From Treponemataceae bacterium (GTDB lineage Bacteria; Spirochaetota; Spirochaetia; Treponematales; Treponemataceae), in the NCBI GenBank assembly GCA_024413635.1, contig JAKSTT010000001.1, positions 8,433 through 72,432 of the forward strand: DNA of 64,000 bases, written 5' to 3'. The notes under the pieces are model-generated. The model was given only the letters and a program-made list of their open reading frames with translations, ran no database searches and was not told the origin of the DNA. Within the stretch, counting starts at the first letter, position 1, and every line of letters begins with the position of its first letter. Shown piece after piece: positions 28,614-37,177 of the stretch. Both the position numbers and the translations under genes were made by a program.

Positions 28614-28642
28614 TTGAAAACGGCTTTTACGTGTGGTACTGT
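28614..28642 (+). promoter_or_regulatory. sigma70-type promoter positioned for a leaderless transcript
   Basis: TTGAAA-N17-TACTGT. The -10 ends 6 nt before ATG 28649. Confidence 0.4.
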
Positions 28643-28648
28643 TACTGT

Positions 28649-29368
28649 ATGGCTTCAAATGAATTGGATTATGTTCAAAAACTCCGCAAACAGCGTAATA
28701 GAAAAATACTTTCAACCATCATAACGTTTGTTTTATTCTGCGTTTTTCTCCAACTGCTTTTTGTCTATGTTATTTTCCCGGTACGGGTTCGTTCAACCGA
28801 TATGCTCAGCGAATATGAGCCCAACTGTCTGGTGTTTGTAGCCCCCTGTGACTTTGCTGAACCGCTGTTTTTCCAGCGGTACACCCTGGAGCGCGGTGAT
28901 GTGGTCTACCTTGAACCTGCCGTAACCCACGATACCGGCATACTGAAAAAAGTATGGTATTCTGTTGCCCAGTTCTTTACCCTGCAGCAGCGGAAAACTG
29001 CCAGTGACGGCATCGTAACGGAATCGGCTTCACTCCGCCGTGTTGTAGGGCTTCCCGGTGATACCGTCTACATGAAGAACTACATTGTGTACATCAAACC
29101 CCGCAATGAAAACCATTTCCTTACTGAACATGAACTGGCAGCTCATCCCTATGAAACCAATTTCCTGGCTGGTACCAGTCATGACCAGACCATGGGCATT
29201 GCCGGAACCATGGAAAAACGGATTCTTGGTGATAACGAGTACTTTGTACTGGCTGATAACCGGGTTTCGGCCGTAGATAGCCGTCTGTACGGACCAGTTC
29301 CTGCAAGCCGCATCAGAGGTAAAGCCCTGTTGCGCTATTTCCCCTTTGATGCTTTTGGACTGCTGTGA
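28649..29368 (+). CDS. Signal peptidase I family protein (catalytic dyad positions apparently substituted)
   Basis: Boxes C-E present: ERGDVVYL, LRRVVGLPGDTVYM, YFVLADNRVSAVDSRLYGPVP. Box B reads RSTDMLSEY instead of SxSMxPT. The ORF track starts at 28610; ATG 28649 is preferred from the promoter geometry. Confidence 0.7.
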   Translation: MASNELDYVQKLRKQRNRKILSTIITFVLFCVFLQLLFVYVIFPVRVRSTDMLSEYEPNCLVFVAPCDFAEPLFFQRYTLERGDVVYLEPAVTHDTGILKKVWYSVAQFFTLQQRKTASDGIVTESASLRRVVGLPGDTVYMKNYIVYIKPRNENHFLTEHELAAHPYETNFLAGTSHDQTMGIAGTMEKRILGDNEYFVLADNRVSAVDSRLYGPVPASRIRGKALLRYFPFDAFGLL

Positions 29369-30528
29369 AAACGGCGCTGTATATCCATGTACCATTCTGT
29401 CGCAGTAAGTGTTCCTACTGCGATTTTTTTTCTGTTGCTCACCAGGGATCCGTTCCGGATACCTATATTGCAGCCCTCACGGCAGAGATGGCCTGGCGGA
29501 AAAAGCAGTTTCAGGTAAATGCCGTAACCACCGTGTATCTGGGAGGGGGAACTCCCAGTCTGCTATCGGAAGTCCAGCTGAAGAAACTGTTTGATGCCAT
29601 ACACCGTCTTTGGCCGGATTCTGTGCCCGATGAAATTACGGTAGAGGCAAATCCGGCTGATATTACGGAATCCTTTTTGCAGGGGCTGACGGCCTGTGGT
29701 GTTAACCGGCTGAGTGTGGGCATTCAGTCGGTGGACCAGCAGGTTCTGAAGACCCTGAACCGGCGGAGTGATGCCGCCTGTGTCAGCCGGTGTCTGGAAC
29801 TGCTCAACACAAGCTGGAAGGGGCGGCTGAGTCTGGATTTTATTTCAGGATTACCCGGCCTGAGTGATGAGCAGTTCCTTGCCGGGCTGCAGCTGGGAAC
29901 AGAAACGGGGGCTGACCATATTTCCCTGTACGCCCTGACCCTGGAAGAACATACGGTTCTCTGGGATCAGGTGGAACAGGGCCGGATACTGCTTGATGAT
30001 GAACAGAATGACCGGCAGTGGGCCCTGGGGTGTGACTGGCTTACTTCCCACGGGTACCGGCAGTATGAAGTATCCAACTTTGCCCGTCCCGGGTATGAAG
30101 CACGTCATAATACCACCTACTGGCTCATGAATCCCTATCTTGGTATCGGGGCCGGGGGAACCGGAACCGTCGGCTGCCACCGGTGGACCAATACTACGGC
30201 TATTCATGACTACTGTGCTTTCTGGAACGGCACGGAGGAAATGGACGGGGAAAATGCTGTTCCCCCGGAGGAAACTGAACTGCTGGATGAGGAAACACGC
30301 CAGACTGAATTCCTTATGATGGGTTTCCGGCTTCTGGACGGTGTTTCTGAGAAAGAGTATCACCGGCGGTTTGGCGGCAGTCTGGCTGAACGGCTTGGAG
30401 AACTCTGGAACCAGTGGGAATCCTGCGGCCGTGCCCACCGGATACCTCAGGCAGACGGTGATATAACATATGCCCTGACAGAACAGGGCATACTACTCTT
30501 AAACCGGTTTCTTCTTGATTTGCTGTAA
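29365..30528 (+). CDS. hemW: Radical SAM heme chaperone HemW (oxygen-independent coproporphyrinogen oxidase-like)
   Basis: GTG start overlapping the upstream stop (GTGA). LYIHVPFCRSKCSYCDFF contains CxxxCxxC. C-terminal HemN_C-like region. Confidence 0.85.
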   Translation: MKTALYIHVPFCRSKCSYCDFFSVAHQGSVPDTYIAALTAEMAWRKKQFQVNAVTTVYLGGGTPSLLSEVQLKKLFDAIHRLWPDSVPDEITVEANPADITESFLQGLTACGVNRLSVGIQSVDQQVLKTLNRRSDAACVSRCLELLNTSWKGRLSLDFISGLPGLSDEQFLAGLQLGTETGADHISLYALTLEEHTVLWDQVEQGRILLDDEQNDRQWALGCDWLTSHGYRQYEVSNFARPGYEARHNTTYWLMNPYLGIGAGGTGTVGCHRWTNTTAIHDYCAFWNGTEEMDGENAVPPEETELLDEETRQTEFLMMGFRLLDGVSEKEYHRRFGGSLAERLGELWNQWESCGRAHRIPQADGDITYALTEQGILLLNRFLLDLL

Positions 30529-30547
30529 CAGTCTGATACTGTTACAG
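30523..30547. terminator. 9-bp hairpin spanning both convergent stop codons
   Basis: ctgtaacag-tctgata-ctgttacag. Contains the TAA of hemW and the TAA (complement) of the helicase gene. No U-tract. Confidence 0.4.
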
Positions 30548-33112
30548 AAGTTCATTCAGCAGCCGGTACGTACTGTTGAGGATATCTTTCTGATCCTCGG
30601 TAAATACGTCAGCGCTTTCATCAATCAGCGTTTCAAGAGAGGCGATGCTTTCGTTTACTGCCGTGGTAATGCCGCGGCTTACCTTGAACCAGTAACTGCC
30701 CCGGCCATCCGTAAACAGACAGATGAATCCCAGTTCCTTTGCTTTTGCCTTTGCCGCAGTCAGCCGCATAATCAGGGGCAGACGTTGAGCCAGCACTGCT
30801 GCATCTTCAGCCATATGCAGGTTTTCTTTAGGGTTCCAGTCTTCCCTGGCCAGAGGCTGCAGGTTCAGTTTTGGAACTACCTGCATGATGGTTTCCAGTT
30901 TTTCATCCTGCAGAAGGCTCCAGTCAGCATAGGTGACTACACATTTGGTGGTCCGGTACTGCCGTGATTCCTCTGCAATGCCTTCCTGCTGCAGTGCCTG
31001 AAGCAGTCTGTCCAGTGGCATGATCAGGTGCGGTTTACCCTTGATCTTTTTCTTTTCAAAACGGACACCGCACAGATTTACGCTGTTTTCATCAGCAGGT
31101 TCCGTTACAGCCTTTTCTGCTTTCTTGGAAGCTTTTTCAATTTTTTCCAGTTCACGGCGCTGACGTGCGGTCAGGGATTCATCAACGGTGCGGCCGGAGT
31201 CACCCTTAACGGCGCCCAGCCGTTCCACCATATTGCCGTCCAGATTCTGCAGGATCCGTTTGGTCAGCGGAGAAACAGACATGGCAAACATGCGGCTGGT
31301 GCGGACAATTTCACCGGCAACAAAATACAGGGGCTCGGTGCGGAACAGACAGCTGCCCGGGTGAATCTGGATATGTTCCTGGGTCAGGGTCCGGTAGTTT
31401 TCCTTACCGCTTCTGACACAGACAAACTGGATAAGACCGGCACAGATACAGGTCAGGTATTCTTCTATGTTGCCGCTTGAAACAATAGGAATGCCTTTGT
31501 CACCCACAATCTGTTCCAGCTGCTGCTTGATGTTGGTAATTTCAAGCAGTACCCGTTCATCAAGATAGTTCTTTTTACAGAATTCCTGGCTTTCATGGCG
31601 TTCCCAGGCATTCTGGAACAGCCGGTACAGGTTGACGTAGGCAACAAAGTCACCGGCGTCATGGCGGAACCCGTAGTGGGCCTGGAGGGCAACGGCAGCT
31701 TCCCCCTGTGGCAGCACAAAGCGCGAATGCGGACTTAAAAAGGCAGCGGCAATAAGTACGTCCTCAATAACGCCGGGGTAGCGCATGATGGATTCTGCTA
31801 TGATGCGGCTTACCCGGGGAATCAGCGGAAATTCAGCCATAAGAAGACCGGTGGTAGAAAGGGTATTGTCCGGGTTCAGGGCCTGCAGCAGATTCAGGGT
31901 TTCTATGGCGCCGCGCATACCTTCACGGTTTGGCTTACTGATGAAGTCAAAACTGTAAAAATCAGTAATGCCCAGTTCTGCCATGCGCAGTACTACTTCC
32001 GACAGGTCAGTGCGGTAAATTTCTTCTGTGGTATACAGTTCCCGGGTTTCGTAGTCTTTCCGCTGGTACAGCCGGTAGCAGACACCGGGCTTTGTACGGC
32101 CGGCGCGTCCTTTCCGCTGGTTGCAGCTTGCTTTGGAAACGGTGGTTTCGTTCAGGCTGCTGGTGTAGGTGCGGGGATTGTAGAAGTTCATTTTGGCAAG
32201 ACCGCTGTCAATAACGGTGGTAATACCGGGTATAGTAACCGAGGTTTCTGCAATGTTGGTGGAAATGACAACTTTCTTTTTGCCAAAAGGAGGGTTGTCA
32301 AATACCCGTTCCTGTTCTTCCTTAGCCAGACGTCCGTACAGCGGAACACAGTGAATTTTCCGGCTGAATGAGGCTTTCTGCAGACGGGTCATGCAGTCCT
32401 TGATGACTTTTTCTCCCGGCAGGAAGCAGAGGATATCGCCGGTATGCCGGTTGTCCAGAACCCGGTCAATGGTCTGTTCTATCTTCATCAGCAGGGCATC
32501 TTCTGCAGCCGGACTTGCCGTACTGGTAGGAATGGCCGGCGGATCATACACCATGGTTACCGGATAGGTTATGGTATCAATGGTAACGATGGGACAGCCG
32601 TCAAAGTACTGGCTGAAGGCTTCGGCATTCATGGTGGCTGACGAAACGATAACCTTGAAATCGCTCCGTTCTGCAAGCACCCGTTTCAGAAGCCCCAGAA
32701 CAAAGTCAATGTTCAGGCTGCGTTCGTGGGCTTCGTCAACCATAATGACGCTGTATTTACTCATCCACGGATCCAGCTTCATTTCCTGCAGCAGGATACC
32801 GTCGGTCATAATCTTGATCTTTGTGGTAGCGTCAGTTTTGTCGTCAAAGCGCATCTTGTATCCGACAACACCGGGGTAGGTGGTGCCCAGCTGCTTTGCA
32901 ATGAATTCACTGACAGAAAGGGCGGCAATACGCCGGGGCTGAGTTACGGCAATAATGCCGTTATCGCTGTAGCCTGCTTCATGCAGGATGACGGGAATCT
33001 GGGTTGTCTTACCGCTTCCTGTGGGACTCTGAACAACAACAACCTGGTTCTGTGCCAGGGTATCAAGGATGCGCTGCTTCTGGGTGTAAACGGGTAATTT
33101 CTTATAGTTCAT
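30542..33112 (-). CDS. ATP-dependent DEAH-box RNA helicase (HrpA/HrpB-like)
   Basis: Walker A SPTGSGKTTQ, motif II MVDEAHERS, motif VI QRKGRAGR, followed by HA2/OB-like regions. 856 aa. Confidence 0.85.
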   Translation of the reverse strand: MNYKKLPVYTQKQRILDTLAQNQVVVVQSPTGSGKTTQIPVILHEAGYSDNGIIAVTQPRRIAALSVSEFIAKQLGTTYPGVVGYKMRFDDKTDATTKIKIMTDGILLQEMKLDPWMSKYSVIMVDEAHERSLNIDFVLGLLKRVLAERSDFKVIVSSATMNAEAFSQYFDGCPIVTIDTITYPVTMVYDPPAIPTSTASPAAEDALLMKIEQTIDRVLDNRHTGDILCFLPGEKVIKDCMTRLQKASFSRKIHCVPLYGRLAKEEQERVFDNPPFGKKKVVISTNIAETSVTIPGITTVIDSGLAKMNFYNPRTYTSSLNETTVSKASCNQRKGRAGRTKPGVCYRLYQRKDYETRELYTTEEIYRTDLSEVVLRMAELGITDFYSFDFISKPNREGMRGAIETLNLLQALNPDNTLSTTGLLMAEFPLIPRVSRIIAESIMRYPGVIEDVLIAAAFLSPHSRFVLPQGEAAVALQAHYGFRHDAGDFVAYVNLYRLFQNAWERHESQEFCKKNYLDERVLLEITNIKQQLEQIVGDKGIPIVSSGNIEEYLTCICAGLIQFVCVRSGKENYRTLTQEHIQIHPGSCLFRTEPLYFVAGEIVRTSRMFAMSVSPLTKRILQNLDGNMVERLGAVKGDSGRTVDESLTARQRRELEKIEKASKKAEKAVTEPADENSVNLCGVRFEKKKIKGKPHLIMPLDRLLQALQQEGIAEESRQYRTTKCVVTYADWSLLQDEKLETIMQVVPKLNLQPLAREDWNPKENLHMAEDAAVLAQRLPLIMRLTAAKAKAKELGFICLFTDGRGSYWFKVSRGITTAVNESIASLETLIDESADVFTEDQKDILNSTYRLLNELL

Positions 33113-34283
33113 CTGTCTTCCGTATGTTGGCCGGCACGGTCTTCAGACATGCCAGCCGTCTGGTGTAATAATTCTTATACTGTTTTTCCTGGGCTGCGAT
33201 AAAATCCTGCGTATATCGTTTGATAACGTAGTCGCCGGGTCCATTCCGGTGGGTCGTCGCATATACCGGAAAAATGCCGTCAAATCGTATGCCATCTGGG
33301 GTATCAACTGCTGATACTTCCATAATGACACTGTCACCAATCCATTCAAAGGTGGCTGCCGGATCATCAAATCCATACAGGGTCCGTTGTCCTGAAATCA
33401 GGTTCCCCACACTGTACATGACCAGCTTTTCCGCCCGTCCTTTTTCATCTGTCAGTATATCCCATTCCTGGGTTACGTGGGGATGATTTGCCCAGATAAT
33501 ATCAACACCTGCCTTCAGCAGACTGTCAAAATAGGACCTCCGCTGGGGTGTAACGGTGAACACATATTCCGGCTCATCCGTATGGACCCCAAGAATGAAC
33601 AGGTCGCAGGGATATTCCGACCGGATTTTCTGCAGGACTTCAGGAAAGGCTTTCAGATTCTTTCTGGTACGGGGAACATAATTTATCCGTGTCATCCGGT
33701 AGTAATCATTGAGCATCTCCGTTTCTGCAAGAAACAGTATGGTCCAGCCTGATTTCTCGATTCGGCAGAATGACAGGGGGCCGCAGTCGGTCTGCATGGT
33801 GATGATTCCCGGGGCTCCGGAACTGCCTTCCGGTGGCTGGATCCCGCTGTACGCTGCAATGTCACCCTTTGCCATGAGGCTGTCAAAGAAGGTCCAGGTA
33901 TCGGCAATGCCCTGCTGATACTGGTCATTGGTGTGGTTGTTGGCCAGACAGAAGACATCAATACCACACGCAGCCGCAGTTTCAGGCCATAAGGCACGGC
34001 TGTTGAACATGGGGTACGATTTGTTTTCCATGGTGTCAATGACCGGAGATTCAAAGTTGGCAAAGGTCAGGTCGTCGGTATCAGTAATGTATCTGATATC
34101 TGAAAAGACAGAGAAAAATTCAGTCCGGTTGGTGTTGACGGAATGAGACATGATGTCGCCGGCAAAAGTCAGGTCCAGATACGGTTTGCGGCTGCCGGAT
34201 TCCTGGGCAGAAAGCAGCAGGTGGGGAACCGCCAGTAAAAGAATGAAGATGGAAATACTTTTTGAATGGCGAAACATCCACAT
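33102..34283 (-). CDS. CapA-family (PGA_cap) metallophosphatase-like protein, secreted
   Basis: Signal peptide. FANFESPV and CLANNHTNDQ motifs of the CapA family. The stop overlaps the helicase start by 11 nt. Confidence 0.7.
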   Translation of the reverse strand: MWMFRHSKSISIFILLLAVPHLLLSAQESGSRKPYLDLTFAGDIMSHSVNTNRTEFFSVFSDIRYITDTDDLTFANFESPVIDTMENKSYPMFNSRALWPETAAACGIDVFCLANNHTNDQYQQGIADTWTFFDSLMAKGDIAAYSGIQPPEGSSGAPGIITMQTDCGPLSFCRIEKSGWTILFLAETEMLNDYYRMTRINYVPRTRKNLKAFPEVLQKIRSEYPCDLFILGVHTDEPEYVFTVTPQRRSYFDSLLKAGVDIIWANHPHVTQEWDILTDEKGRAEKLVMYSVGNLISGQRTLYGFDDPAATFEWIGDSVIMEVSAVDTPDGIRFDGIFPVYATTHRNGPGDYVIKRYTQDFIAAQEKQYKNYYTRRLACLKTVPANIRKTDEL

Positions 34284-34290
34284 AATACTG

Positions 34291-34320
34291 ATTATACATC
34301 AAGTAGGCAAATTTAATCAA
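34291..34320 (-). promoter_or_regulatory. sigma70-type promoter, -10 only 7 nt from the capA-like ATG
   Basis: Minus strand reads TTGATT-N18-TATAAT-cagtatt-ATG. No Shine-Dalgarno sequence. Confidence 0.45.
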
Positions 34321-34354
34321 AGCCTTGAAAAATAAGGCCTGACAGGCTTTCTGT

Positions 34355-34383
34355 TTGACGGTAACCGGTTGTCATGGTACAAT
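34355..34383 (+). promoter_or_regulatory. sigma70-type promoter for ppdK
   Basis: TTGACG-N17-TACAAT, about 42 nt upstream of ATG 34426, which is preceded by AAGGAG. Confidence 0.6.
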
Positions 34384-34425
34384 GAACAACACACGATTAG
34401 AGGAAATAAAGGAGAAAAAATCGTT

Positions 34426-37086
34426 ATGTCCAAGACAAAATTTGTCTACTTCTTCGGTAACGGAAAAGCCGAAGGCGACGCCGCCATGCGCAATGAGCTG
34501 GGCGGAAAAGGTGCAAACCTTGCCGAGATGACCAATCTCGGAATTCCAGTTCCACCTGGATACACTATCTCAACAGAAGTTTGTAAGCTGTTTTATGAAA
34601 ACAACCGCAACTATCCGGAAGGACTGAGAGAAGAAGTTGCCGAAAACCTGACAAAACTTGAAACCCTCATGGGTAAAAAACTGGGTGATGAAAAAGATCC
34701 GCTGCTGGTATCAGTACGTTCCGGTGCAGCACAGTCAATGCCTGGTATGATGGATACCATCCTGAACCTGGGTATGAACGACAAAGCCGTAAAAGGCCTT
34801 TCAGAACTGACCGGTAACCCGCGCTTTGCATGGGATGCATACCGCCGTTTCATCCAGATGTTCGGTGATGTTGCCATGGGTGTTCCTTCAGATGAATTTG
34901 AAGGTGCCATTGATAAGATTAAGGCAGAAAAAGGTGTAAAACTGGACACCGAACTTGATGCAAAAGATCTTGAAAGACTGGTTGCAGACTACAAGGTAAT
35001 CTACAAGAAATACGTAAAGGAAGACTTCCCGCAGGATCCTGTAGACCAGATGTGGCATGCCATTGACGCTGTATTCGGCTCATGGATGAACGAACGCGCC
35101 ATCAAATACCGCGCACTCAACAATATTAAAGGTCTTGCCGGTACCGCTGTAAACGTACAGTCAATGGTATTCGGTAATGCCGGTGATGATTCAGGTACCG
35201 GTGTATGTTTCAGCCGTGACCCTTCAACCGGTGAAAACAAGTTCTACGGTGAATACCTGATGAACGCCCAGGGTGAAGACGTAGTTGCAGGTATCCGTAC
35301 CCCAGCTACCATCGACAAACTGGAACAGGAAAACAAAGAAGTATATGACCAGCTGTGTGCCATCCGTGCACGCCTGGAAAACCATTTCCACGATATGCAG
35401 GATATGGAATTTACCGTACAGCAGGGTAAACTGTTCCTGCTGCAGACCCGTAACGGTAAACGTACCGGTCAGGCTGCCGTTAAATGTGCAGTAGACATGG
35501 TAGGTGAAGGCCTTATCGACAAAAACGAAGCCATCATGCGTGTATCTCCTGACCAGCTGGATCAGCTGCTGCACCCGATGATTGATCCTAAAGTTCAGAA
35601 AAAGACCAAGGCTCTTACCAAAGGTCTGAATGCTTCTCCGGGAGCTGGATGCGGTCAGATTGTATTTACTGCCAACGAAGCTGAACTGTGGGCAAAAGAG
35701 GGCAAAAAAGTAATCCTCGTTCGTAAGGAAACTTCTCCAGAAGACATTTCTGGTATGGTTGTTTCAGAAGCAATCCTTACTTCTACCGGTGGTATGACTT
35801 CCCATGCTGCTGTAGTTGCCCGTGGTATGGGTACTCCTTGTGTATCCGGTGCCGGCGAAGTTACCTTTGTTGATGATAATGTTGTAATCAACGGAAAGAA
35901 ATTCTCACGCGGTGACTTCATTACCGTTGACGGTTCAACCGGTAACGTATATGAAGGTCAGCTGCCACTTATTACCCCTGAAATTTCAGGTGAACTGAAT
36001 ACCTTCCTGGGTTGGGCAGATGAAATCCGTAACGCTTCCGTACGCGGAAACCTGAAAGGATTCTCTGTACGTGCCAATGCAGACCAGCCTATCGATGCAC
36101 AGCATGCATTTGACTTTGGTGCTGAAGGTATCGGTCTTTGCCGCACCGAACATATGTTCTTTGACCGCGACAAGCTGATCCACTTCCGTGCCATGATTGC
36201 TTCTGATACCACCGAACAGCGCAAGGCTGCCCTGGCTAAGATTCTGCCACTGCAGAAAAAAGACTTCATCGGTATTTTCCAGGCAATGAACGGACGTCCT
36301 GTTACCATCCGTCTGCTGGATCCACCGCTGCACGAATTCATCCCTCATACTGAAGCTGAAACCGAAGAACTGGCAGCCCACATGGGTGAAGATGCTAAAA
36401 AACTGCGCGTAAAACTGGATATGCTCCATGAAGCTAACCCAATGCTTGGTCATCGTGGTTGCCGTCTGGCAGTTACCTATCCGGAAATTTACGAAATGCA
36501 GGTAGAAGCCATTGCTCTGGCTGCTGCTGAATGCTCAAAGAAAGGTGTTCCAGTACATCCGGAAGTAATGATTCCAATCGTTTGTGAACCAAAAGAACTG
36601 TCAATGATCCGCACTTCATGCGAAAAAGTAATGAAAGATGTACTGGCAAAAGAAGGTGTTTCATTTGATATCCGTATCGGTTCCATGATTGAAGTTCCAC
36701 GTGCAGCGCTGCTGGCTGGAAAACTTGCCAACTATGCTGACTTCTTCAGCTTTGGTACCAATGACCTTACCCAGATGACTTTTGCATTCAGCCGTGATGA
36801 TGCCGGTAAATTCCTGCCTTCATACCTGTCACAGGAAGTTCTGGAATCTGACCCATTCAAGTCAATTGATGAAGATGGTGTTGGCCAGCTCATTAACATT
36901 GCCCGTGAAAACGCACGCGGTGTTAAAGAAGACATCAAGCTGGGTATCTGTGGTGAACACGGTGGTGATCCTGCTACCATCGACTTCTGTTTCCGTGCAG
37001 GCCTGAACTATGTTTCATGCTCACCATACCGCGTTCCAATCGCACGTCTGGCTGCAGCACAGGCTGTTATCAGAAACAGTAAATAA
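34426..37086 (+). CDS. ppdK: Pyruvate, phosphate dikinase
   Basis: MSKTKFVYFFG...GGKGANLAEM. Phospho-His region TSTGGMTSHAAVVARGMG. PEP-utiliser C-terminal GICGEHGGDP. Start trimmed from 34369. Confidence 0.95.
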   Translation: MSKTKFVYFFGNGKAEGDAAMRNELGGKGANLAEMTNLGIPVPPGYTISTEVCKLFYENNRNYPEGLREEVAENLTKLETLMGKKLGDEKDPLLVSVRSGAAQSMPGMMDTILNLGMNDKAVKGLSELTGNPRFAWDAYRRFIQMFGDVAMGVPSDEFEGAIDKIKAEKGVKLDTELDAKDLERLVADYKVIYKKYVKEDFPQDPVDQMWHAIDAVFGSWMNERAIKYRALNNIKGLAGTAVNVQSMVFGNAGDDSGTGVCFSRDPSTGENKFYGEYLMNAQGEDVVAGIRTPATIDKLEQENKEVYDQLCAIRARLENHFHDMQDMEFTVQQGKLFLLQTRNGKRTGQAAVKCAVDMVGEGLIDKNEAIMRVSPDQLDQLLHPMIDPKVQKKTKALTKGLNASPGAGCGQIVFTANEAELWAKEGKKVILVRKETSPEDISGMVVSEAILTSTGGMTSHAAVVARGMGTPCVSGAGEVTFVDDNVVINGKKFSRGDFITVDGSTGNVYEGQLPLITPEISGELNTFLGWADEIRNASVRGNLKGFSVRANADQPIDAQHAFDFGAEGIGLCRTEHMFFDRDKLIHFRAMIASDTTEQRKAALAKILPLQKKDFIGIFQAMNGRPVTIRLLDPPLHEFIPHTEAETEELAAHMGEDAKKLRVKLDMLHEANPMLGHRGCRLAVTYPEIYEMQVEAIALAAAECSKKGVPVHPEVMIPIVCEPKELSMIRTSCEKVMKDVLAKEGVSFDIRIGSMIEVPRAALLAGKLANYADFFSFGTNDLTQMTFAFSRDDAGKFLPSYLSQEVLESDPFKSIDEDGVGQLINIARENARGVKEDIKLGICGEHGGDPATIDFCFRAGLNYVSCSPYRVPIARLAAAQAVIRNSK

Positions 37087-37124
37087 CACTGTCATGCTGA
37101 ACCCTGTTCAGCATGAGCAGATAT

Positions 37125-37162
37125 AAAAAAAGCCGTCCAGCTTCTGTTGGACGGCTTTTTTT
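37125..37162. terminator. Bidirectional rho-independent terminator (ppdK / dnaB)
   Basis: A7-gccgtcca-gcttctgt-tggacggc-T7. Preceded by an 11-bp perfect hairpin at 37092-37116. Confidence 0.75.
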
Positions 37163-37177
37163 GTCCTCTCGGACTGA

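Noticed and set aside
34369-34425. N-terminal extensions in the ORF track (ppdK 34369, padR 3992, rex 12598, rpsB 48880, maf 49652, rnfD-like 57579, rluD-like 54422, PAP2 54354, acidic protein 26636, lipoprotein 51360)
   Set aside because: In each case an internal ATG/GTG has an RBS or promoter in the right place and yields a family-typical N-terminus. The extension would run over a promoter, a tRNA promoter or the upstream gene.
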